A stretch of 64,000 nt of DNA, from NCBI GenBank assembly GCA_033582455.1, contig JAVQRO010000007.1:12628-76627 (forward strand), written 5' to 3'. The position numbers and the translations under genes are program-made. Under the pieces are notes generated by a model, which was given only the letters and a program-made list of their open reading frames with translations, made no database searches and had not been told where the DNA came from. The first letter of the stretch is position 1, and every line of letters starts with the position of its first letter. Shown here in pieces: positions 9,127-19,627 of this stretch. Origin of the DNA: Thermomicrobium sp. (GTDB lineage Bacteria; Chloroflexota; Chloroflexia; Thermomicrobiales; Thermomicrobiaceae).

Positions 9127-9208
9127 CGGCTTTGGCCGCTGAGTACACGTCCGGCCTCCCGCATGGGAGGCCACTCGCTTCTCGAGCAGACCGATCCGGA
9201 GGGAGACG

Positions 9209-10747
9209 ATGGGCGAGCGCTTGATCATCTTCGATACGACGCTGCGTGACGGCGAACAATCGCCGGGAGCCACGATGACCGAGGACGAGAAGGTCGAAGT
9301 CGCCCGGCAGCTGGTCAAGCTGGGGGTCGATATCATCGAGGCCGGCTTTCCGGCTGCCTCCCCGGGCGACCTCCGTGCCGTGCAGCGCATCAGTCGTGAG
9401 GTGAAGGGTGTTACCGTCTGCGCATTGGCGCGCGCGAACCAACAGGACATCGACGCGGCGTGGGACGGTGTACGAGAAGCTGAGCAGCCACGCATCCATA
9501 CCTTCATCGCGACGTCCCCGATCCACATGGAGTACAAGCTGCGCAAGACGCCCGAACAAGTCTTGGAGGCTGCCCGGTTCGCCGTCCGCGCTGCCAAGCG
9601 GTACGTGAACGACGTCGAATTTTCGGCCGAGGACGCGACACGCTCCGACTGGGACTTCTTGTGCCGTGTCTTCGCTGCCGCGATCGAGGAAGGCGCGACG
9701 ACGATCAACATCCCTGATACGGTCGGGTATGCCGTTCCGCACGAGTTCGCGGAACTCGTCCGTTACGTCATGGAGCACACGCCCGGGATCGAGAAGGTGA
9801 CGGTGAGCGTGCACTGTCACGACGACTTGGGGTTGGCCACGGCCAACACGTTGGCAGCCATCCGCGTCGGGGCACGCCAGGCCGAAGTGACGATCAACGG
9901 GATCGGGGAGCGTGCAGGGAACACAGCGCTGGAAGAGGTCGTCATGGCCCTCCACGTTCGACGGGACATCTTCGGTGGCATCTTGCCGCGGATCGTCACC
10001 GAGCAGATCGTTCCGAGTTCCAAGCTCGTGCAGCGGATCACCGGCATTCTCGTGCAGCCGAACAAGGCGATCGTCGGTGCGAACGCGTTCGCCCACGAGG
10101 CAGGCATCCATCAGGACGGCATGCTGAAGCATCACCGCACCTACGAGATCATGACGCCACAGTCCGTCGGATGGGAAGCCAGCCGTCTCGTGTTGGGCAA
10201 GCACTCTGGTCGCGCCGGGTTCAGCGCCCGGCTGAAGGAACTCGGATACGGTGACCTCTCGCGGGAGCGGATCGAGGAACTCTACCAACGGTTCATTGAC
10301 CTCTGTGACCGGAAGAAGACGGTCACCGATGCCGACATCGTCGCGATCGTCGAGGACCAACTGGCACAGGTCCCGCAACGCTATACGCTGAAGGGATGGC
10401 GAGCGCACTCTGGGTCGGACGGTCGAGCCGAAGCATGGGTCAAGCTCGACGTCGATGGCGTCGAGCGCGAAGCGTCTGCTTCCGGCAACGGGCAGATCGA
10501 TGCGTTGTTCAAGGCGATCGATCGGCTCGTCGGTCGCCATTGCGAGCTGGAAGCGTTCCACGTCGACGCCGTGAGCCCTGGAGAAGACGCCCAGGGACAG
10601 GTGACGGTCCATCTGCGCTGCGGAACGCAGGTCTATAATGGCCGCGGCGTCGCCACCGACGTCATCGAGGCGAGCATCCGCGCCTATCTCATGGCCCTGA
10701 ATCGTGCCGTCTTGACGACACCTGCTGCAGTCAGTGGAGGTGAGTGA
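9209..10747 (+). CDS. leuA: 2-isopropylmalate synthase
   Basis: IFDTTLRDGEQSPG, HCHDDLGLA, GIGERAGN, HEAGIHQDG; C-terminal regulatory domain. Confidence 0.97.
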   Translation: MGERLIIFDTTLRDGEQSPGATMTEDEKVEVARQLVKLGVDIIEAGFPAASPGDLRAVQRISREVKGVTVCALARANQQDIDAAWDGVREAEQPRIHTFIATSPIHMEYKLRKTPEQVLEAARFAVRAAKRYVNDVEFSAEDATRSDWDFLCRVFAAAIEEGATTINIPDTVGYAVPHEFAELVRYVMEHTPGIEKVTVSVHCHDDLGLATANTLAAIRVGARQAEVTINGIGERAGNTALEEVVMALHVRRDIFGGILPRIVTEQIVPSSKLVQRITGILVQPNKAIVGANAFAHEAGIHQDGMLKHHRTYEIMTPQSVGWEASRLVLGKHSGRAGFSARLKELGYGDLSRERIEELYQRFIDLCDRKKTVTDADIVAIVEDQLAQVPQRYTLKGWRAHSGSDGRAEAWVKLDVDGVEREASASGNGQIDALFKAIDRLVGRHCELEAFHVDAVSPGEDAQGQVTVHLRCGTQVYNGRGVATDVIEASIRAYLMALNRAVLTTPAAVSGGE

Positions 10748-10753
10748 CCAGCC

Positions 10754-12013
10754 ATGGGTATGACGATGGCCGAAAAGATCCTGGCCCGGGCCGCGGGACG
10801 CCGCCGGGTCGAGCCAGGCGAGATCGTGGAAGTCGCAGTCGACCTGGTGATGACGAACGACATCACCGCACCCCTCTCGATCGCAGAATTCAAGAAGCTC
10901 GGCGTCGATCGCGTCTTCGATCCCAAGAAGGTCGTCTTCGTCCCGGATCACTTCGTCCCGGCCAAGGACATCAAGGCGGCCGAACAATCGAAGATCATGC
11001 GCGAGTTCGCTCTCGCACAGGGCGCGATCTACTTCGAGATCGGCCGCGCCGGCATCGAGCATGTCGTACTGCCGGAGAACGGTCTGACCCGCCCCGGCAT
11101 GGTGATCATCGGAGCCGACTCCCACACCTGCACGTACGGCGCATTCAACGCCTTCGCGACGGGCATGGGCTCGACCGACATCGCCGCCGCGATGGCGACC
11201 GGTACGACCTGGATGCGCGTTCCCCAGACGATCAAGTTCGTCTACACCGGGACGCTCCCCCCATTCGTCACCGGGAAGGACTTGATCCTCTACACCATCG
11301 GGCAGATCGGCGTGGACGGCGCCCTCTACGCCTGCATGGAGTTCACCGGTCCGGTGATCGACGAACTGCCGATGGACGACCGGATCACGATGGCGAACAT
11401 GGCCATCGAGGCCGGAGCGAAGACCGGGATGTTCGCGTGCGACGACAAGACGCGCGAGTGGCTGGCCAAGGTCACGAACGAACCCTATGAACCGGTCGAC
11501 AGCGATCCTGACGCGCACTACGCGCAGGTGATCGAGCTCGACGTGTCACACTTGCGCCCCCTCGTCGCACTGCCGCACCTGCCGTCGAACGTGCGACCAG
11601 CCGACGAAGTTCGCGATCTGCCGATCGATCAGGTCGTCATCGGCTCCTGCACCAACGGCCGGCTCAGCGACCTACGGATCGCCGCCGAGATCCTCAAGGG
11701 TCGTCAGGTCCACCCACACGTACGCTGCATCGTGATTCCCGGCAGTCAGGAGGTCGCCAAACAGGCAACGCGCGAGGGACTCGTCGACATCTTCCTCGAG
11801 GCGGGCGCAGTCTTCTCGGTCTCGACCTGCGGCCCCTGCCTGGGTGGCTACATGGGCGTCTTGGCCAAGGGCGAGCGCTGCGTCTCGACCACCAACCGCA
11901 ACTTCCGCGGCCGCATGGGGCACCGCGAGTCGGAGGTCATTCTGGCCAGCCCAGCGGTCGCCGCAGCGAGTGCGGTTCTCGGCCGCGTCGCCTCACCGTT
12001 CGAATTGAACTGA
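10754..12013 (+). CDS. leuC: 3-isopropylmalate dehydratase large subunit
   Basis: GADSHTCTYGA, IGSCTNGR, CGPCLGG Fe-S motifs, STTNRNFRGRMG. Confidence 0.97.
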   Translation: MGMTMAEKILARAAGRRRVEPGEIVEVAVDLVMTNDITAPLSIAEFKKLGVDRVFDPKKVVFVPDHFVPAKDIKAAEQSKIMREFALAQGAIYFEIGRAGIEHVVLPENGLTRPGMVIIGADSHTCTYGAFNAFATGMGSTDIAAAMATGTTWMRVPQTIKFVYTGTLPPFVTGKDLILYTIGQIGVDGALYACMEFTGPVIDELPMDDRITMANMAIEAGAKTGMFACDDKTREWLAKVTNEPYEPVDSDPDAHYAQVIELDVSHLRPLVALPHLPSNVRPADEVRDLPIDQVVIGSCTNGRLSDLRIAAEILKGRQVHPHVRCIVIPGSQEVAKQATREGLVDIFLEAGAVFSVSTCGPCLGGYMGVLAKGERCVSTTNRNFRGRMGHRESEVILASPAVAAASAVLGRVASPFELN

Positions 12014-12016
12014 CCG

Positions 12017-12047
12017 TCCGCGTGGCGGGACACACCCGCCACGCGGA
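12017..12047 (+). other. Perfect 13-bp GC-rich hairpin between leuC and leuD
   Basis: TCCGCGTGGCGGG / ACACA / CCCGCCACGCGGA; no U-tract. Confidence 0.7.
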
Positions 12048-12092
12048 TCCGATCCCTGCCGTCGACAGGTCGATAGGAGGAGGGCAGAAGCC

Positions 12093-12611
12093 GTGCCGAT
12101 GCGCGGGCGCGTCTGGAAGTTCGGGGACAACATCGACACTGACGTCATCATTCCGGCTCGCTACCTGGTGACGATCGATCCACAGGAATTGGCACAGCAC
12201 GTCATGGAGGACATCGATCCGGAGTTCGCCTCCAAGGTGCGCCCGGGCGACATCATCGTCGCGGGGCGGAACTTCGGCTGCGGTTCGTCCCGCGAACACG
12301 CACCGATCGCGATCAAAGCTGCCGGGGTCCAGGCCGTCGTCGCCGAATCGTTCGCTCGCATCTTCTTCCGCAACGCCATCAATATCGGACTACCGGTGGT
12401 CGAGGCTCCCGAGGCAGTGCGCGAAACCGAGACCGGAGACGAACTGGAAATCGACACGGAACGCGGTGTCGTCCGCAACCTGCGCACCGGCAAGACGTAC
12501 AAGGCGACGCAATACGACGAGTTCATCCAACACATCATCCGCGCCGGAGGCCTCCTGAATGCGGTCCGCGAGCGGATCGAGGCCCGCAAAGCAGCGGAGG
12601 CGAACCGGTGA
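12093..12611 (+). CDS. leuD: 3-isopropylmalate dehydratase small subunit
   Basis: GDNIDTDVIIPA, GRNFGCGSSREHAP, SFARIFFRN. Confidence 0.97.
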   Translation: MPMRGRVWKFGDNIDTDVIIPARYLVTIDPQELAQHVMEDIDPEFASKVRPGDIIVAGRNFGCGSSREHAPIAIKAAGVQAVVAESFARIFFRNAINIGLPVVEAPEAVRETETGDELEIDTERGVVRNLRTGKTYKATQYDEFIQHIIRAGGLLNAVRERIEARKAAEANR

Positions 12612-13729
12612 GCGAGGTGCGCGTCCTCTTGTTGCCCGGTGACGGGATCGGACCGGAGGTCGTCGCAGCAGCACAACGGGTGCTCGAGGCCGTCGGGCTC
12701 CACTGCGGGTACCGGTTCCACTTCGCGGAGGACCTCGTCGGTGGCTCGGCCATCGATGCCTACGGGACACCGCTCCGCGACGAGACGGTCGAGCTGGCGC
12801 ACCAGATGGACGCCGTCTTTCTCGGCGCGGTCGGCGGTCCGCAGTGGGATCACCTTCCGAAGACGACTCGTCCGGAAGCTGGGCTCCTCCGGCTGCGCAA
12901 GGAACTCGGCCTGTTCGCCAATCTACGCCCCGTCCGCGTGTTCGATGCGCTCGCGGACGCCACCCCGCTCAAGCCTGAGGTGGTGCGCGGCGTCGATCTG
13001 ATCGTCGTCCGCGAACTCACCGGCGGGCTCTACTTCGGACACCCCTCGGAACTCCGCCGTGAACCCGGAGGCCGTTGGGCGGTCGACACGCTCCCCTACC
13101 GCGAGGAAGAGATTGCGCGGATCGTCGATCTCGCCTTTCAGTTGGCCCGATCCCGGCGCCGCAAGGTGACCAGCGTCGACAAGGCGAACGTGCTCAACAC
13201 CTCGGCGCTCTGGCGTGAGGTCGCGAGTGAAGTCGGCGCCCGCTACCAGGACGTCACGCTCGAACACCAGCTGGTCGATTCCTGCGCTATGCGCTTGATC
13301 GCGCGCCCGCGGGACTTCGACGTGCTCGTCATGGAAAACCTCTTCGGGGACATCCTCAGCGACGAGGCTGCCGTCCTCGCTGGTTCGCTGGGCATGCTCC
13401 CTTCGGCGAGCCTCCATGGACGACCACCGGAACGCGCCGGTTCCCCCGCGATCCGCTTCGGGCTCTACGAACCAGTCCACGGCTCCGCGCCCGACATCGC
13501 CGGGCGGGGAATCGCGAATCCGATCGGCGCGATTCTGAGTGCGGCGATGCTCCTCCGCTGGACGCTCGGGGACGAACGAGCAGCAGCGGCTGTCGAGCAG
13601 GCAGTCGATGCGACGCTGGCTGCCGGTGCACGCACGGCCGACCTCGTGCGGTCCGGTGAGCTGCCCCTGACCACCGAGCAGTTCACGGACCGCGTGCTGG
13701 AACACCTCGGCGCAGTCCTCGCTGGCTGA
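12608..13729 (+). CDS. leuB: 3-isopropylmalate dehydrogenase
   Basis: LPGDGIGPEV, RELTGGLYFG, DKANVL, NLFGDILSDEA, EPVHGSAPDIAG. Confidence 0.97.
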   Translation: MSEVRVLLLPGDGIGPEVVAAAQRVLEAVGLHCGYRFHFAEDLVGGSAIDAYGTPLRDETVELAHQMDAVFLGAVGGPQWDHLPKTTRPEAGLLRLRKELGLFANLRPVRVFDALADATPLKPEVVRGVDLIVVRELTGGLYFGHPSELRREPGGRWAVDTLPYREEEIARIVDLAFQLARSRRRKVTSVDKANVLNTSALWREVASEVGARYQDVTLEHQLVDSCAMRLIARPRDFDVLVMENLFGDILSDEAAVLAGSLGMLPSASLHGRPPERAGSPAIRFGLYEPVHGSAPDIAGRGIANPIGAILSAAMLLRWTLGDERAAAAVEQAVDATLAAGARTADLVRSGELPLTTEQFTDRVLEHLGAVLAG

Positions 13730-13750
13730 GACGGCTCGGTTCACCCCTGT

Positions 13751-13790
13751 GACGACGGGGCTCTCCCCTCCGCGAGGAGGCCCCGTCGTC
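13751..13790 (+). terminator. Hairpin after leuB (probable terminator)
   Basis: 11-bp outer stem GACGACGGGGC/GCCCCGTCGTC with inner CTCC-GCGA-GGAG GNRA-capped stem; no U-tract. Confidence 0.55.
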
Positions 13791-14018
13791 GCTCATGAAC
13801 GAGGAGCGTGAACGTCCGGTGAACAGGCGATCGACCCGTGCCCTTCGGCGTGTGCCAGCGCGTCGACCGCACGGCGTCCCGCCACGCCTCCCTGGGGCCA
13901 TGCCTCGGCCTACTTCCCCTTCCAGTGCCGCAGGTCCGTGTGGGCACCCGCGCACCTCAGAGTGCCGAGGAAGCGGAGACGATGGTACGCTCTGGAAGCG
14001 AGCGGGAAGGGAAGGGAC

Positions 14019-15248
14019 GTGACGGGAAATCCCCGACACGGGCGGAGCCGCCCACGGAGGACAGGAGCGAGAGGAGAACGTCGCGCCCCCGCGCGGGGGC
14101 CGCTCGTCTTCGGTGCGGTGGTTTTCGTGGCGATGGTGCTCGTCGCAGCCTGGGCGATTCGCGGCCTCCTGCAGTCCGAGCCACCAGCAGTGCCGACACC
14201 GTCGAACTCTGCCGCCTCTGGGAGTCCGCTTCCAGTCGTCACCGCGACGGTACCCAGCGTCGAAGCGACGGCGACAGGGGTCGCCTCGGTCGAGCCCCCG
14301 ACGCCGCCGTCCTCGCCGACCCCGACACCCACGCCACCGCCACCGGTCGTCGTCGGAGCCTTCGGGGAACTGCCAGCTCCGAATCTCCCCCAACCTGCCT
14401 ATCCACCGGGACAGCTGACGCTCCAGTACGAACTGGGTCTCGACCTCGCAGCACTGCCGACCGAGGCGCCGGTCTATCGGTTGACTCCCCGACAGTGGGA
14501 CGACGCGAGCGTCAGCGCACTCGCCCGGTCACTCGGCCTCGAGGGACCGGTGGAGCGCACTCCAGGCGGCGGCTTCCTCGTCCGCAGCTCGCACGGCCAG
14601 CTCGTGGTCAGCGACCTCACGATCCAGTTCCAGGCTGCTACGCCGACTCCTACTCCGTCGCCTGCCGGCGACACGACGGCGACTCCGGAAGCCACCGCGC
14701 CTCCTCTGCCCCTTCCCTCCGATGGAGAACTCCTCACGGTCGCCCGTAGCTGGCTGGAGCGCAACCGGCTCGTCACGACACCGCTCGACGGTGGAAGAGT
14801 CCGCGAGCGCCTGCCGGAGATGGGGATGGCCATCGTTACCTTCGGTCCAGCGGAGCCCGAACCCGTCCTCTCGGCCGTCCCCAGTGCCACCCTCACCGTC
14901 ACCGCCGAGGGGACGATCCGGCAAGCGTTCGTCGCCTGGCCAGCAGCGCTCGAACCCTCCGTCTACAGTCTGCGCCCAGCCGAGACGCTCTGGACGGACG
15001 TGCAGAATGGGCGGGGCACCCTGGAGGTCGACGAAACGATCTTCACCCGAGCGAGTCTTCCGCTCCGCGGTACCGCTCGCATCACGAGTGCCCAACTGGC
15101 ATGGGTCGACGCCGGGCAGGGTAGCACGCGGTACCTGACGCCGGTCGTCCGCTTCCAGGGAACGGCGCTGTTCGAGGGCTACTCCGAACCGGTCGAGCTC
15201 TCGGTCACGGTCGCCGCAGTAGCCGCGCAGATCGCGCCGCGCGGTTGA
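14019..15248 (+). CDS. Membrane-anchored Pro/Thr-rich extracellular hypothetical protein
   Basis: Single N-terminal TM (LVFGAVVFVAMVLVAAWAI), PTPTP linkers, then a globular domain. GTG at 14019 after GGAAGGGA; start uncertain. Confidence 0.7.
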   Translation: MTGNPRHGRSRPRRTGARGERRAPARGPLVFGAVVFVAMVLVAAWAIRGLLQSEPPAVPTPSNSAASGSPLPVVTATVPSVEATATGVASVEPPTPPSSPTPTPTPPPPVVVGAFGELPAPNLPQPAYPPGQLTLQYELGLDLAALPTEAPVYRLTPRQWDDASVSALARSLGLEGPVERTPGGGFLVRSSHGQLVVSDLTIQFQAATPTPTPSPAGDTTATPEATAPPLPLPSDGELLTVARSWLERNRLVTTPLDGGRVRERLPEMGMAIVTFGPAEPEPVLSAVPSATLTVTAEGTIRQAFVAWPAALEPSVYSLRPAETLWTDVQNGRGTLEVDETIFTRASLPLRGTARITSAQLAWVDAGQGSTRYLTPVVRFQGTALFEGYSEPVELSVTVAAVAAQIAPRG

Positions 15249-16936
15249 ACCTTTCGGAGAAGGGGGGCTTTTTGCGCACGAGTCAGCCTTCGGTTCTCGC
15301 CCGCCTGGTCATCGTCTTCGCGCTCACAGCGAGCGCGCTCGGATCCGCCGGTCCGCCGGCTCAGGCTGCACCGCCGTTCGTCCGGTGGGGATACTACGTC
15401 ACCTATGACCGCACCTCATGGACATCGCTGCACGCGCATCTCGGAACGCTCGACCTCGTCTCCCCTTACTTCTTCCAGCTCCGGGCCGACGGAACGATCG
15501 AGGAATTGAGCGATCCGACGGCCGATGCGTTCCTCCGCCAGAGCGGGCTGCCCATCGTCCCGATGATCAAGAACGTTCCGCGGTGGGACGAGTTCACGCC
15601 GCTGCTCGCCGATCCGCAGCAGCGTGCTGCGATCATCGGTCGAATCGTCGACCTCGTGACGCGTCGGGGATATAGCGGGATCCACATCGACTTCGAAGCT
15701 GTCAATGCGCGGGATGCGCCACATCTCACCGCCTTCATGCGCGAACTCGCAGCCCAGCTTCGGCCGCGCGGGAAACTCGTCACCCAAGCCGTCATCGCAC
15801 GCACCTCGGATACACCCACCACGTGGGGTGGCGCTTACGACTATCCAGCTTTGGCGGAGGTCAACGACTATATCGTCGTCATGGCCTACGATTTTCACTC
15901 TGCTGGCGGCTCGCCGGGACCGGTTGCCCCGCTGACCTGGGTACAGCGCGTCGTGTCCTATCTCACGACGCGAGTTCCTCCCGATCGGTTGATCCTCGGC
16001 ATCCCGCTCTACGGCTACGACTGGAACCGCACTGCCGGTCCGCCAGCACGGTCCGTTCGTTTCGACCAGGTGCGCGAACTCCTCCGCCGGCCGGGCACGA
16101 CCAGCGGTTATGATCAGACGGAACACGAAGCGTGGCTCCGCTATACCGATGACCAAGGAAACCAGCACGAAGTCTGGTACGCCGACGTGCGCAGCGTGAC
16201 GGCACGGCTCAGCCTTGCACTCGATCGCGGACTGGCCGGCGCGGCATTCTGGCGACTGGGGCACGAAGACCCCGCCATTTGGGACGAACTCGGGCGGTTG
16301 AAGACTCCGGCCACGCGGATCCCTGCCTTCCAGTCGAGCCCAGAGCGACGCTATTTTCCAGAAACCGGTCATTCGCTGTCCTACGGCTTCAAGGCGTTTT
16401 GGGAGCGGAGCGGTGGCCTACCCGTCTTCGGCTATCCATTGACCGAGGAGTTCAGCGAGAACAACCCTGACCTCGGCCGACCGCTGACCGTCCAATACTT
16501 CGAGCGACAGCGCTTCGAGTACCATCCGGAACTCGCGGGGACACCGTACGAGGTCCAACTCGGCCGCCTCGGAGCCGAGGACGCGCGACGGCGGGGACTC
16601 CTCGCGACCGAACCGTTCCAGCCGGTCCCACCGAGCGCCGCGGAACCGGGCTGCCTCTACTTTCCGGAGACCGGCCATACGCTGTGCGATCCCTTCCTCT
16701 CGTACTGGCAGTCCCACGGTCTGGAACTCGGGGATCGAGGGATCTCTTTCCGCGAATCGCTCGCTCTGTTCGGCTACCCGATTTCCGAGCCGTTCCGCGA
16801 CCCGGCGACGGGGCTCATGGTCCAGTACTTCGAACGGGCCCGTTTCGAGTACCATCCGAATAATCCGGAGCCGTATCGCGTGCTGCTGGGGCTGTTGGGG
16901 ACCGATCTCGTGCGCGCGAAAGGATGGATTCGATGA
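15245..16936 (+). CDS. Secreted GH18 glycoside hydrolase with C-terminal Chloroflexi-type [19 protein letters not shown] repeats
   Basis: Signal peptide, GIHIDFE (DxxDxDxE-like), [22 protein letters not shown]; two YFPETGH...GYPxxE...QYFER repeats after about 16345. Confidence 0.88.
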   Translation: MNLSEKGGFLRTSQPSVLARLVIVFALTASALGSAGPPAQAAPPFVRWGYYVTYDRTSWTSLHAHLGTLDLVSPYFFQLRADGTIEELSDPTADAFLRQSGLPIVPMIKNVPRWDEFTPLLADPQQRAAIIGRIVDLVTRRGYSGIHIDFEAVNARDAPHLTAFMRELAAQLRPRGKLVTQAVIARTSDTPTTWGGAYDYPALAEVNDYIVVMAYDFHSAGGSPGPVAPLTWVQRVVSYLTTRVPPDRLILGIPLYGYDWNRTAGPPARSVRFDQVRELLRRPGTTSGYDQTEHEAWLRYTDDQGNQHEVWYADVRSVTARLSLALDRGLAGAAFWRLGHEDPAIWDELGRLKTPATRIPAFQSSPERRYFPETGHSLSYGFKAFWERSGGLPVFGYPLTEEFSENNPDLGRPLTVQYFERQRFEYHPELAGTPYEVQLGRLGAEDARRRGLLATEPFQPVPPSAAEPGCLYFPETGHTLCDPFLSYWQSHGLELGDRGISFRESLALFGYPISEPFRDPATGLMVQYFERARFEYHPNNPEPYRVLLGLLGTDLVRAKGWIR

Positions 16937-17388
16937 CCCATCCGAAGCGGATCCTCGTCCTGCACGGACCGAACCTCAACCTCCTCGGTCGACGCGAACC
17001 GGAGATCTATGGGACGACGACGTTGGCCGAGATCGACCAGCGGTTGCACGAGCTCGCGGCGCAGCACGGGTTCGAACTCGTCACTGCCCAGTCCAATCAC
17101 GAAGGTGAACTCGTCGACCTGATCCACCGCTATGGCTGGGAAGTCGCGGGGATCGTGCTCAATCCTGGCGCGCTCACCCACTACAGCATCGCCCTGCGCG
17201 ACGCGGTCGCAGCCGTGCCGGCACCGACCGTGGAGGTCCATCTCTCCAATATCCACGCGCGGGAGTCGTTCCGACGTCGGTCAGTCATCGCGCCAGTCGC
17301 CGTCGGTCAGATCAGCGGATTCGGTGCACTGAGTTACGAACTCGCACTCACCTACTTGATCCGGCGAACGGAAGGAGCGACCACGTGA
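16933..17388 (+). CDS. aroQ: Type II 3-dehydroquinate dehydratase
   Basis: [39 protein letters not shown]. Confidence 0.97.
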   Translation: MTHPKRILVLHGPNLNLLGRREPEIYGTTTLAEIDQRLHELAAQHGFELVTAQSNHEGELVDLIHRYGWEVAGIVLNPGALTHYSIALRDAVAAVPAPTVEVHLSNIHARESFRRRSVIAPVAVGQISGFGALSYELALTYLIRRTEGATT

Positions 17389-18488
17389 ACACGGCGGCGC
17401 GGCTCGCACGCCTCCGAGCGCTCTTGCGCGAGCGGGAACTCGAGGCGATCGTCATCACCCACCCGTCGAATCGCTTCTGGCTCAGCGGCTTCACGGGGGA
17501 AGACATTCCCCCCAACGAGTCCGCCGGCCACCTCGTCATCGGCCAACACGAGGCGTTCGTCGTCACGAGCCGGCTCAACAGCACGCTCGCCCAGCAGGAG
17601 GCCCTGGGGTTCCACGTCTTCGACCGCGAACGCGACTTCGCGCGGGGCGACGCGATCGTCCTGCAGGAACTCGGGGTGCGACGCGTCGGCTTCGAGGATC
17701 GAGCGATCCTCTATCGTGACGTGCACGTGCTCCGAGAGACGCTCGGCGAAGGCATCGAGCTCGTCCCGGTCGGGACGCTCGTGGACGAGCTGCGTGCGGT
17801 CAAGTCGCCGGACGAACTCGAGATCATCGCGCGAGCGCAGGCGATCACGGACACGGCGTTCCAAGCTGTCGTGGCCGAACTCCGCCCGGGGCTCACGGAA
17901 CGCGACGTTGCACTCCGCCTCGAGCGTGCCCTCGTCGAGGCCGGCGCTGACGGGCCAGCCTTCCCGATCGCTGTGGCGTCCGGACCGCACGGCGCGCTGC
18001 CACACTACCGTCCCACCCGACGGGTACTCGCGAGCGGCGAGCCGATCGTGATCGATATGGGCGCGGTGGTCGACGGCTACTGCGCGGACCTCACCCGCAC
18101 GGTCTGGCTCGGTCGAGCCGATGAACGACTGGAAGCGATCTTCGCGGTCGTGCTGGAAGCCGTGGAAGCCGCCGAGGCCGGGATCCGACCCGGGATGACC
18201 GGACGGGAGGCCGACGCCCTGGCCCGTGCAGTGATCGCACGGGCCGGCTACGCCGACGCGTTCACGCACTCGTTGGGTCACGGTGTCGGTGTCCGCGTGC
18301 ACGAGGCTCCGTCGCTGTCGCCTGCCTCGGAGCACGTCCTGGAGCCCGGCCACGTGGTGACGATCGAACCGGGTATCTACCTGCCAGGTTGGGGTGGTGT
18401 CCGGATCGAAGACCTGGTGGTGATCCGGCAGAACGGCGTCGAGGTCCTGACCCGAACACCGAAGCGACTCGCAGTGCCAACCGGGTGA
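17385..18488 (+). CDS. Xaa-Pro aminopeptidase (M24 family, YqhT/PepQ-like)
   Basis: [41 protein letters not shown]. Confidence 0.93.
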   Translation: MNTAARLARLRALLRERELEAIVITHPSNRFWLSGFTGEDIPPNESAGHLVIGQHEAFVVTSRLNSTLAQQEALGFHVFDRERDFARGDAIVLQELGVRRVGFEDRAILYRDVHVLRETLGEGIELVPVGTLVDELRAVKSPDELEIIARAQAITDTAFQAVVAELRPGLTERDVALRLERALVEAGADGPAFPIAVASGPHGALPHYRPTRRVLASGEPIVIDMGAVVDGYCADLTRTVWLGRADERLEAIFAVVLEAVEAAEAGIRPGMTGREADALARAVIARAGYADAFTHSLGHGVGVRVHEAPSLSPASEHVLEPGHVVTIEPGIYLPGWGGVRIEDLVVIRQNGVEVLTRTPKRLAVPTG

Positions 18489-18570
18489 GCGTTCCGCTGC
18501 CGGATGGGGGGAACGGTATACTCGTGCGACAAGAGGGAGCGTATCGCGCTCGCACCAGGGGGAATTCCGC

Positions 18571-19131
18571 ATGATCGAGACGGGTGATCTGCGCAAGGGA
18601 CTGACGTTGCTCATCGACGGAGAACTGGTACGCGTGTTGGACTACCAGCACGTCAAGATGGGGCGTGGTAGCGCGTTCGTGCGTCTCACCCTCAAGAACC
18701 TGCGCACGGGCGCGACCACGACCACCACCGTCCAAGCTGGCTCCCGGTTCGAACTCGCTCCGCTCGAGCGCCACCGGGTCCAGTTCCTCTACGAGGACAG
18801 CGGCCAGTACCACTTCATGGATACCGAAACGTTCGAACAGTTCGCGGTCGACCGCGAAGCGCTCGGCGACGCAGTCAACTACCTCAAGGAAGGGCTCCAG
18901 CTCGACCTTCTGACCTACGACGGTCAACCGGTCGAGGTCGAGCTACCAGTCACCGTCGACCTACGTGTCGTGGATACCCCGCCGGGCGTGCGCGGCGATA
19001 CGCAGTCGGGGGGTGGCAAACCAGCAACGCTCGAAACCGGTCTCGTCGTGACGGTCCCGTTCTTCGTCGAAGTCGGCGACATCGTCCGTGTCGATACCCG
19101 AACCGGCGAGTACATCGAGCGGGTGAGCTAG
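18571..19131 (+). CDS. efp: Translation elongation factor P
   Basis: [37 protein letters not shown]. Confidence 0.97.
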   Translation: MIETGDLRKGLTLLIDGELVRVLDYQHVKMGRGSAFVRLTLKNLRTGATTTTTVQAGSRFELAPLERHRVQFLYEDSGQYHFMDTETFEQFAVDREALGDAVNYLKEGLQLDLLTYDGQPVEVELPVTVDLRVVDTPPGVRGDTQSGGGKPATLETGLVVTVPFFVEVGDIVRVDTRTGEYIERVS

Positions 19132-19133
19132 CG

Positions 19134-19610
19134 ATGACCGAATCGTCGCGATCGGAGGCGGTCTCCGTTCCAGACTACGCTGCGTTGACGCGCACGGTCC
19201 GCGAACTCGTCGACGTCATGCGGGCCGCCGGCTTGCACCGACTCGAGGTCTGTCAAGGCGATTTGCGAATCGCACTGGAATCGGCACCGATCGCCGGTCC
19301 CGTCCCGAGTCCCCACCCAGTAGGGAGCGCATCGGTCACCACTGCGCCCGCAGCCGCGGCCGCCGAGCCGCTGCACACGATCGTTGCTCCGATGGTCGGC
19401 ACGTTCTACGCCGCGCCGCGGCCAGGGGCCGACCCATTCGTCCGGATCGGTGATCATGTCGAGCCGGGACAGGTCGTGGCCATCATCGAGGCCATGAAGG
19501 TGATGAACGAAATCGTCGCCGAACGAGCAGGAACGATCGTGGAGATCCTCGTCGAGAACGGACAACCGGTCGAATACGGGCAACCCCTCATGCGGTTGCA
19601 GCCCGATTGA
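19134..19610 (+). CDS. accB: Acetyl-CoA carboxylase biotin carboxyl carrier protein
   Basis: [22 protein letters not shown]; conserved efp-accB order. Confidence 0.93.
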   Translation: MTESSRSEAVSVPDYAALTRTVRELVDVMRAAGLHRLEVCQGDLRIALESAPIAGPVPSPHPVGSASVTTAPAAAAAEPLHTIVAPMVGTFYAAPRPGADPFVRIGDHVEPGQVVAIIEAMKVMNEIVAERAGTIVEILVENGQPVEYGQPLMRLQPD

Positions 19611-19627
19611 CGCGCTGGGGGGGACTG

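Noticed and set aside
9080-11518. 812-aa minus-strand ORF and many similar long antisense ORFs (e.g. 12923-13744, 21705-23159, 56554-59181, 62839-63714 extension)
   Set aside because: These are shadow ORFs opposite well-supported genes, expected in high-GC DNA, and show no recognisable motifs.
18492-18522. Internal promoter for efp
   Set aside because: TATACT is present at 18517-18522, but there is no convincing -35 or extended -10; too weak to call.
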